A stretch of DNA of 64,000 nt. Source: Candidatus Methanoperedenaceae archaeon (lineage in GTDB: Archaea; Halobacteriota; Methanosarcinia; Methanosarcinales; Methanoperedenaceae). Below are positions 57,229 to 64,000 of the stretch, piece after piece. The stretch covers positions 29,492 through 93,491 of the forward strand of contig CAVWCX010000019.1 in NCBI GenBank assembly GCA_963753595.1, in the 5' to 3' direction. The notes under the pieces were generated by a model. That model did not search any database. It saw only the letters and a program-made list of their open reading frames with translations, and was not told the origin of the DNA. How positions within the stretch are numbered: position 1 is the first letter of the stretch; the number at the start of each line of letters is the position of its first letter. The translations under genes and the position numbers were made by a program.

Positions 57229-58208
57229 TGGACCTTTTCACTCATGCGTTATTTCCTTATTTGCTCGGGAATTACTTCAAAAAAAACAAAGAAAAGATCA
57301 CAGCTTTCGTTATCGGGGGAATAGCTCCGGATATTGATATTTTTCTTTTATTGATACAATACCTTTACCCTACTTTTTTCCTGATCACCCATCGGGGCAT
57401 AACACATTCGATTTTCTTCGGGTTTTTCACCGGTATTATTGTATTATATCTTGCATCCCGTGACGGAATTAAGAAGATAGTGCAAAAGCGTATTGATTTT
57501 GAACCTGTGTTCTCGAGCAAAAACATTTTATATGCTTTCGCAGGAGTTATCATCCACCTGATTCTTGATTATTCAACAACAAGAGGGGTACCGCTGTTAT
57601 ACCCCTTTGATGCTGCAAGATATTCTGCCGAATTGTTCTTTTATACGGATATATACCTGACAATAGTCAGCCTGATAATGGTAATATATTTAATTAAGAA
57701 GCCATTCCAGACCCGGACGATCACAAAATTCCTGATAATATTACTTCTCATTTCAGGCGGATTGGGAGCTTTGCGGTTTGCAGAAAAAAGCAATGCAGAG
57801 CAATTTTTTCATGATGGAAAGATACGATCATTTCCTACGATGAATCCCTTTGACTGGTTAGCACAGAAAGAAGAGGGCACTAAAATTGAAATATATGAAT
57901 ATAATAGTTTAGAAGGGAAACAAAAATATAATATTACATTCCTGCGCCTGAATGTTATTTCAAGTGGAGAAGGTCTTGATAATGCACTTCATCTTGCGGA
58001 TGACCTTCCGCAGCTAAAAATGTTCAAGTGGAGGGCGCATTCGGTGGCTGTTAATGCATCTTACGGCAATGAAACATGGTCGTTGGAATATTATGACCCT
58101 ATCCAGAGAGCAGAAATGAGGGATATTTCGGGAACTTTTATTAGAGCCGGGGGGCATTTCGGTTCACTTATGATAAACGTGACAGGGGATAAAGCGGTTG
58201 CAAAGTAA
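57228..58208 (+). CDS. YdjM-like membrane metal-dependent hydrolase
   Basis: MDLFTH, APDID, HRGITHS, HLILD. Confidence 0.85.
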   Translation: MDLFTHALFPYLLGNYFKKNKEKITAFVIGGIAPDIDIFLLLIQYLYPTFFLITHRGITHSIFFGFFTGIIVLYLASRDGIKKIVQKRIDFEPVFSSKNILYAFAGVIIHLILDYSTTRGVPLLYPFDAARYSAELFFYTDIYLTIVSLIMVIYLIKKPFQTRTITKFLIILLLISGGLGALRFAEKSNAEQFFHDGKIRSFPTMNPFDWLAQKEEGTKIEIYEYNSLEGKQKYNITFLRLNVISSGEGLDNALHLADDLPQLKMFKWRAHSVAVNASYGNETWSLEYYDPIQRAEMRDISGTFIRAGGHFGSLMINVTGDKAVAK

Positions 58209-58424
58209 ATGATTTAGCAAGCAATGTACAAGGCGAACTTATTGTTGGAACTATCCATCCCATTTTTCTGACCTCAAATTTTACCTATGGCTTATATATT
58301 ACTTATGTCATTCAAAGATTACATTAAATCCGGGGTTTTTCGTAAAAAGCGTTGCATTTTTACCGGACTACTTAGGTATGCCTTATAGATTTGATCGAAA
58401 AATAACATTTTCACGGAGGTTATT

Positions 58425-58502
58425 ATGTCAGGACAATTAGCAGGACAGCTAATCTATATTCTAAGGCAGCCAAAGAACAAAAGTAAGAGAAGCTCAGAAT
58501 AA
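58425..58502 (+). CDS. 25-aa small ORF
   Basis: MSGQLAGQLIYILRQPKNKSKRSSE with GGAGGT RBS. Confidence 0.35.
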   Translation: MSGQLAGQLIYILRQPKNKSKRSSE

Positions 58503-58556
58503 TAATCGTGTTTTACAATAAAAAGTTGTCTTATAAGGAATCGAAAAGAGGTTAAA

Positions 58557-58718
58557 ATGAATAAACATATACAAAAACTCAAAAAAGAAATATTTGATAG
58601 TGTGATGAACAATAAGGAAGAAAAGGACTTTGAGGCTATTATCGAAAGAAGCGTAACAATGACTTTAAAATATGTTGATACGCAAGTTTCCACACATAAA
58701 TTTTTCCCGAACGAATAA
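58557..58718 (+). CDS. 53-aa small ORF
   Basis: MNKHIQKLKKEIFDSVMNNKEEKDFEAIIERSVTMTLKYVDTQVSTHKFFPNE with GAGGT RBS. Confidence 0.5.
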   Translation: MNKHIQKLKKEIFDSVMNNKEEKDFEAIIERSVTMTLKYVDTQVSTHKFFPNE

Positions 58719-58808
58719 GTTGTAAGACCCGCTATGGCGATGTAGAGTAAGCCAAATAGTCACAATATTGGATAATCTCTCGATATTTCAAGATTAGAAG
58801 AAAAGGCA

Positions 58809-58945
58809 GCATAACGAGCAGGTTTAGTCAGAGTTTGTATTGTATGCTATTTATTAAAATCCCCGGCGCCGGGCAGAAACGGCAGGATTTCCTGAAAGTC
58901 TGGCGCTGGCGCGCCGGGATGTTCTGTGCCTGCGCCTGTTTGTGT
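58809..58945. repeat. GC-rich structured repeat, copy 1
   Basis: GCATAAC...GTCAG..TTTGTATTG.AT.CTA..TATTAAAATC.CCGGCGCCGGGCAG...CCTGAAAG; shared with 62135-62314. Confidence 0.75.
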
Positions 58946-59000
58946 GCGCGGGGGTCAGGCGGATGGAACACGGATCGAGCGGATGACGCGGATCGCGACG

Positions 59001-61194
59001 TTGCGACATGAAAGACGCATCACAAATTGCAGAATATGCTACCCCCTCCATTTGGGGCAATCCTACTGTAACATGCGTCGGCAGTAATGCCGGGGTCTGG
59101 AGCTTACAGGACAATATGGAAATGTCGGAAGTCTTACCCGACCAATCTGTTAGGATAAAAATACCATGAAGAAACATATGTTAAACCACTGTCAAGAGTC
59201 GTTACTGCGAATAAGCGAAACAAGACTGACTACGCTTAGACCAAAAGGTACAAAATCAGACTATGGTGGCTCGTGCGACATCATTGTAAATGGACATACG
59301 ATTTTCGGCTTACAGGTGGCTTCTAAAGTATTTGGAATTATTTGTGATGCGGAGCTTGGTAACCCCTACGCTCTCCAGGAAAATGGTAGAAACTCTGCAA
59401 AGAGCGACAATGGAGCGGAGGGCAGAGGAGAGAGTAAAAAGCAAATGGCAGTTTGCAATGAACTGTATAGAGGTTCTACCTTAATCCGAAAGGATGCTGA
59501 CTTACTCAATGGTGTCCAATTGCATGAATGGAGGCATTACTTGTGAACTCAAGAATTTCAATTACACCGCAAGGTGAGAAGCTTGAGAACATTCACTTTA
59601 AAGACCAGTGGAATAACATCAACTGGAAGAAAGTTGAGAAACATGTCAACAGGTTGCAAGCCAGAATTGCAAAAGCAGTTAAAGATGGTATATGGTACAT
59701 AGTAAAAAGGTTGCAGTATTTGCTAACTCACTCATTTTACGCAAAACTGTTAGCAATAAGGAAAGTAAATCAAAACCGTGGCAAAAGAACGGCTGGGATA
59801 GATGGTGAAACATGGTCATCACCACAATCCAAAATGAAAGCTGCTCTTTGTCTAACTGATAATAAGTATGTAGCTAAGCCGTTAAAAAGGGTTTTCATAG
59901 AAAAACCTGGAACAGAGAAGAAACGACCTTTAGGAATTCCTACAATGTATGACAGGTCTATGCAATCACTATATGCTCAGGCATTAGAACCAATTGCAGA
60001 AATAAAAGGTGACCGAACCTCATTTGGATTCCGAAAATTCAGGAGCCCACATGACGCTTGTGAATATGCCTTCCGCTATCTATGCACAGAAGAATTCACC
60101 TGTATGGGTACTGGAAGGCGATATAAAAGGCTGTTTTGACAACATCTCTCATCAATGGTTATTAGACAACATCCCAATGGATAAATCAGTTCTGAAACAA
60201 TTTCTTAAAGCCGGTTACATTTTTAACCGCCAACTATTCCCAACAGATGCAGGAACTCCTCAGGGAGGCATTATTTCGCCTATTCTGGCTAACATGACCT
60301 TGGATGGGATTGAAAAATTACTCTCTGAAAATTTCCCAAAGAACAAGTATGACCGAATAGAGGGAAAACGAACAGCAAAATACAAAGTTAATTTTGTGCG
60401 ATACGCTGATGACTTTATAGTCACTGCAAATACTGAAGAAATAGCCAAAGAAGTTAAAGAATTGATTAAAGACTTCCTGAAAGATAGAGGTTTGGAACTA
60501 TCAGATGAGAAAACATTGATAACCCACATCGACAACGGCTTTGACTTTCTTGGATGGAATTTTAGAAAATATAATGGTAAGCTTCTTGTCAAACCATCTA
60601 AGAAATCCATTGATAAATTCATAGAAAAAATCAGTGATACTATCAAGGATGGAAAAGCATGGGGACAAAAAGTGTTAATCGATACCCTCAACCCAATAAT
60701 AACAGGTTGGGCGAACTATCACCAACCTGTTGCTTCCAGCAAAATATTCCATAAACTCGACTCAAGAATATGGGGTATGCTCTGGCACTGGGCTAAGAGA
60801 AGACACCCTGAGAAATCCAAACATTGGATTGCTGACAAATACTGGCATCCAGTTGGAAATAAAAAATGGGTATTTTCGGATGGCACAAAACAATTATGCT
60901 TTCTTTTTAACACCAAGATAGTTAGGCATATTAAACTGAAATTAGACATGAACCCACACCTAGATAAAGAATACTTTCTCTCAAGAAAATTGAAATTGGG
61001 AATTAGGAAACTAACAAGCATAGCAAAGAATGTATTTGATGAAGTTAAGAATATCTGCAAACCTGAAACTACGACCATGATAAATAACTGTTGCCCAAAT
61101 AAAGGGTTATTGGAGGCTTGAGCCGTATGAAGGGAAACTTTCATGTACGGTTCTTAGAAGAGGAAGAGCGGGCAACCGCTCTTCTTTATTCGGC
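59001..61194 (+). mobile_element. Group II intron (chloroplast-like/IIB class)
   Basis: 5' TTGCGACATG; DI stem GCATCACAAAT/ATTTGTGATGC; DV GAGCCGTATGAAGGGAAACTTTCATGTACGGTTC (61120-61153); DVI GAAGAGCGG-GCAA-CCGCTCTTC with bulged A. Confidence 0.9.
59528..61121 (+). CDS. ltrA: Group II intron reverse transcriptase/maturase, one frameshift near 60085-60095, no HNH domain
   Basis: RVT_N WNNINWK...RLQARI, TAGIDG, RPLGIPT, GTPQGGIISP, RYADDF, FDFLG, maturase X domain. Confidence 0.92.
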
Positions 61195-61235
61195 AATAAT
61201 AAATCAGTTAAAACCGGATGAAAAGCAGATGTATA

Positions 61236-61655
61236 TCATCCTCGTTTAATCAAATACTGTGCTATATATTTACCAAATTGTTCAATATCTCCAATATTAT
61301 TCTGCAGGTAATAATGGAGCTTTCCGATATCTATTTTTGCGTACATGTGAACAAGCCTGTTCCTGAATCCTGCGGAAGGTGCAAATTTTATAGCAAAATT
61401 TTTTGGCAAAATTCCTTGCTCCCCAAGGATCAAAAATACCTCCTGGTAAGATTCGGGTCGTTTCAGTTTTTCTCGTGATATTATCATTTCACCAATGTCG
61501 ATCGTACATTCTAATGCGACCTCTAAATATCTCTCAATTGCTCCCTTAAGGGTGTGATCTGTCTGCATGTCCTCTATTTTATGATGTTGATAGCCTTTTA
61601 ATATGGTCACATATTCCCTTAGGTGTTCAAGTTTAGATGCAATTTCATCATTCAT
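61236..61655 (-). CDS. hepT: HEPN (DUF86) RNase toxin
   Basis: GFRNRLVHMY (RxxxxH). Confidence 0.9.
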   Translation of the reverse strand: MNDEIASKLEHLREYVTILKGYQHHKIEDMQTDHTLKGAIERYLEVALECTIDIGEMIISREKLKRPESYQEVFLILGEQGILPKNFAIKFAPSAGFRNRLVHMYAKIDIGKLHYYLQNNIGDIEQFGKYIAQYLIKRG

Positions 61656-62068
61656 GAAAAACCAACCTCAGCGATCATTTTCAAAGTTTCTTCCGTGTGC
61701 CTTTTTATGTAATATTTTTCATCCAGATACATAGAAAGGATCTTTGTTTCGAATCTTACTCTCTCTGTTTCACTGGATTTTAAAATAATTCCATCTTTAA
61801 TAATATTATATGCCAGAAGCAAAGGCGCTTCGTTTAAAACAATCAGATCAATTTTGTTTTTATTAATTAAAACGGCTATTTCACCCATCAATTTTAATTC
61901 CAGGTCGAAGCGGTCTTTTTTGGATAAATTTTCATCTACCAATACCCCAATATCAACATCGCTCAACCTGCCTGCATCGCCCCTGACTGTTGAACCGAAA
62001 AGATAAGCAAGTATTACGCTATCTTTGCTGCTGAAATATTCTGTCAGTTCTTTTTCGTAGGGTGTCAT
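61652..62068 (-). CDS. mntA: Minimal nucleotidyltransferase antitoxin
   Basis: YLFGSTVRG...SDVDIGV, IDLIVLN. Confidence 0.9.
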   Translation of the reverse strand: MTPYEKELTEYFSSKDSVILAYLFGSTVRGDAGRLSDVDIGVLVDENLSKKDRFDLELKLMGEIAVLINKNKIDLIVLNEAPLLLAYNIIKDGIILKSSETERVRFETKILSMYLDEKYYIKRHTEETLKMIAEVGFS

Positions 62069-62134
62069 ATATACTTTGTAATTTGTTTTTGATAATATAT
62101 GTTCTTCGCTTATGTGACGCATATTTAGATGGAA

Positions 62135-62314
62135 GCATAACAGGTGCAGATGTCGTCAGTGATTTGTATTGCATACTAAGTATTAAAATCTCCGGCGCCG
62201 GGCAGGAGCGGCGGGCTGCCCTGAAAGCCGGACGCAGGCGCCGGGTATCCGAAAGTGTGTGCCTGCTGAGTGTGTTTTGTAAGGATGTTCCCTGAAATGC
62301 TTGGATCGTTATTT
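62135..62314. repeat. GC-rich structured repeat, copy 2
   Basis: GCATAAC ... CCGGCGCC/GGCGCCGG stem with inner GGGCAG/CTGCCC stem ... GTTATTT. Confidence 0.75.
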
Positions 62315-62450
62315 TTTTAGCGATATAAGAATTCACTTTCGCCCCGCTCTCCCAATACTTTTAACCTTCTCTCTCTCTCTAAACCCGAACCCCGACACAC
62401 GCCCAACCCCCCACGCCGTCAGTATATTATGATCGAAGTTTGGCCTTTCG

Positions 62451-62515
62451 TAAATCCCAATTTTTGAGCCTCGATATTTTCCTAAGTTTTGCTATTTATA
62501 AATCCCAATTTTTGA
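62451..62515. repeat. 17-bp direct repeat TAAATCCCAATTTTTGA x2, 48-bp period
   Basis: Copies at 62451-62467 and 62499-62515. Confidence 0.7.
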
Positions 62516-62931
62516 ATTTCGATTATTATCCGAGCTATTGACGATGTTGGTTTCAATCTGAGCTTTCAGATATGCTCTGATACTATATTAAATTAATTTT
62601 TTTATATATAATATGCAGTGGCATTTTTATACATTCTAAAGTATTTTGTTATAAAGTCACTATATAGAATATACGTATAAAAAAAGCAAACTTTATAACA
62701 AATTTCTTTATAAAGTTGGCCGAAGCTTTCCAGTCGATTTTTGACCATCCGACTTATTGGCTTTAATCTCCATTTTAAAATTCCGACCGTTCCCATATTA
62801 TAATTTTTAATAAGTATTATAAATAGCTAGCGGCAGACCAATCTATTTATACTTTAAAATCAATCTGTATAATGCTGTAAATCTAAAAATAAGGATTTAT
62901 AATGCATATAAAATAAAACGGAGATGTAATA

Positions 62932-63265
62932 ATGAAAATAGTTGAAACAACTATCGAAGCAAGTGAAAAAGCTTCTGATAGTATAAATGAACTCGCACCC
63001 ACTGAAAAATGGCTCTTCGAGATTCAAAATGGAAATGTAAACTTGTTTACCCTTTTTGAAAATGAGAGCAGGTCAACAGGCAATTGTGGAGCTTGAAGAA
63101 TTTAAAAAATATGCCAGTGAATCAGAAATGAGATACGGCATAGCTCGATCATTGAACTGGACTTTCCTTCAAGGAAATCTACCATTAACCGCTCGTAATG
63201 AAAATGATAAAATTGTGATCAAAAAATCTGAGGAACATACCAAAGCAATAGTAATTTTTACGTAA
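62932..63265 (+). pseudogene. Hypothetical protein, frameshifted paralog of 63265..63678
   Basis: MKIVETTIEAS...ELAPTEKWLFE, frameshift near CCCTTTTTG (about 63055), then KMRAGQQAIVELEEFK...GNLPL. Confidence 0.7.
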
Positions 63266-63678
63266 TGGAGATGAATAAGATGAAAATAATAGACATAAAT
63301 ACAGAAGGCAATGGAAGAACTTCTGGCGGTAAAAAAGAATTGGGAGCCGCAGAAAAATGGCTCTTCGATACACAAGATTCGGAAGTCAGACTGGCAAGCC
63401 TGATGAAAATGTCAACAGGCCAACAGGGAATCGCAGAACTATCTGAATTCAAATCCTATGGAAGCGATGCAGAAAAAAGTTATGGCCTAGATATATCGCT
63501 AAATCGTGTTTTTATTCTTGGAAATTTGCCTTTGATTGCCAGAGGAAGAACTGATAGAGTCGTCATCAAAAAGCTCGCAGCATTTGATCTGGAGCAGTAC
63601 AATAAAGCTGATCAAAGGCCGCTAGGATTAAACCATCTCGAAACCGTGAAAACAAAGCTGGCGGAATTGCTGGCTTAA
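63265..63678 (+). CDS. Hypothetical protein
   Basis: 137-aa ORF with a tandem paralog upstream. Confidence 0.75.
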   Translation: MEMNKMKIIDINTEGNGRTSGGKKELGAAEKWLFDTQDSEVRLASLMKMSTGQQGIAELSEFKSYGSDAEKSYGLDISLNRVFILGNLPLIARGRTDRVVIKKLAAFDLEQYNKADQRPLGLNHLETVKTKLAELLA

Positions 63679-63705
63679 GCTAATAATTTTTTTTGAATTT
63701 TTTCA

Positions 63706-64000
63706 TTGACCGGAGGTCAGACCTTGACACCTAATAAAAAACTTGAGATTCAAAATATAGTAGAAAAAATACTTGCAAAATATAACATCGATCCATCAGC
63801 AGAGAGCTATTTTCTAAAACTCAGTAAGCCTCACTACGATGACCTTGTCATCGAAAGAAGGCTCCCAGGTTCTTGTGGGCCACTATTATCTTCAAAATGG
63901 GGATTTGATTAGTGACCCTGTCCTTGCATTCGATTATAATCAAGGATATTGGTTTCCTGAAAGAATCGAGCAATTTGTTGGCGACACTATTTGCAGTTCT
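63706..64000 (+). CDS. DUF6908-like mobile-element protein, apparent frameshift, runs off window
   Basis: DLVIE then (other frame) GSQVLVGHYYLQNGDLISDPVLAF...WFP. Confidence 0.55.

Noticed and set aside
59273-59281. Canonical GTGCGACAT as the intron 5' end
   Set aside because: It lies inside the DI stem pair (about 59017 with 59340-59350) and leaves too little room for DI-DIII.
59166-59546. ORFs upstream of the RT
   Set aside because: They overlap intron ribozyme domains I-III; chance ORFs.
59528-61121. RT as a DGR, retron or CRISPR-associated RT
   Set aside because: RVT_N, YADD, maturase domain and clear DV/DVI identify a group II intron; no TR/VR pair or cas genes seen.
62019-62336. Arg-rich ORFs here and at 58854..59177
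   Set aside because: Translations of the GC-rich repeat; the frame is not conserved between copies.
62451-62515. Mini CRISPR array
   Set aside because: Only two 17-bp repeats, similar inter-repeat sequence, no cas genes. No CRISPR array was seen anywhere in the window.

Overview
Archaeal chromosomal DNA of the Methanosarcinales type. The gene set (CoM, F420, corrin/F430 and archaeal mevalonate genes, plus futalosine-pathway mqnA and a large cytochrome c maturation cluster) best fits Ca. Methanoperedens (ANME-2d); this taxonomy is an inference. Core genes include aIF-2beta, rpl10e, nfo, mqnA, ileS, a ccmF/ccdA/thioredoxin cluster, cofD, aconitase-X, ubiD, ubiX, srp54, metG, arsM, tRNA-Cys, comDE, cysteate synthase and hemD. 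Mobile DNA: an intact IS4/ISH8-type element with 18-bp IRs and a 10-bp TSD, a group II intron with atypical ends, IS6- and ISNCY-like remnants, several toxin-antitoxin pairs, and the probable edge of an integrated element at the right end. Two blocks (about 4.9-8.8 kb and 11.3-14.3 kb) are poly-T/poly-A or C-depleted, lie between short direct repeats, and are most likely failed consensus over IS insertions. The top candidate novel system is an AT-rich island inside the mevalonate gene cluster (34.6-37.1 kb). It encodes an unannotated 30-aa peptide ending in -LWIW just upstream of a UbiA prenyltransferase, converging on a FIST-domain sensor, and may be an archaeal Trp-prenylated peptide signal (ComX/ComQ analogue). 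Other leads: an anti-SD-loop sRNA after srp54, a CcmF with a CcmE-like OB-fold insertion, attC-like repeats around a TA cassette, and REP-like palindrome families. All family assignments come from motif recognition, not database searches.
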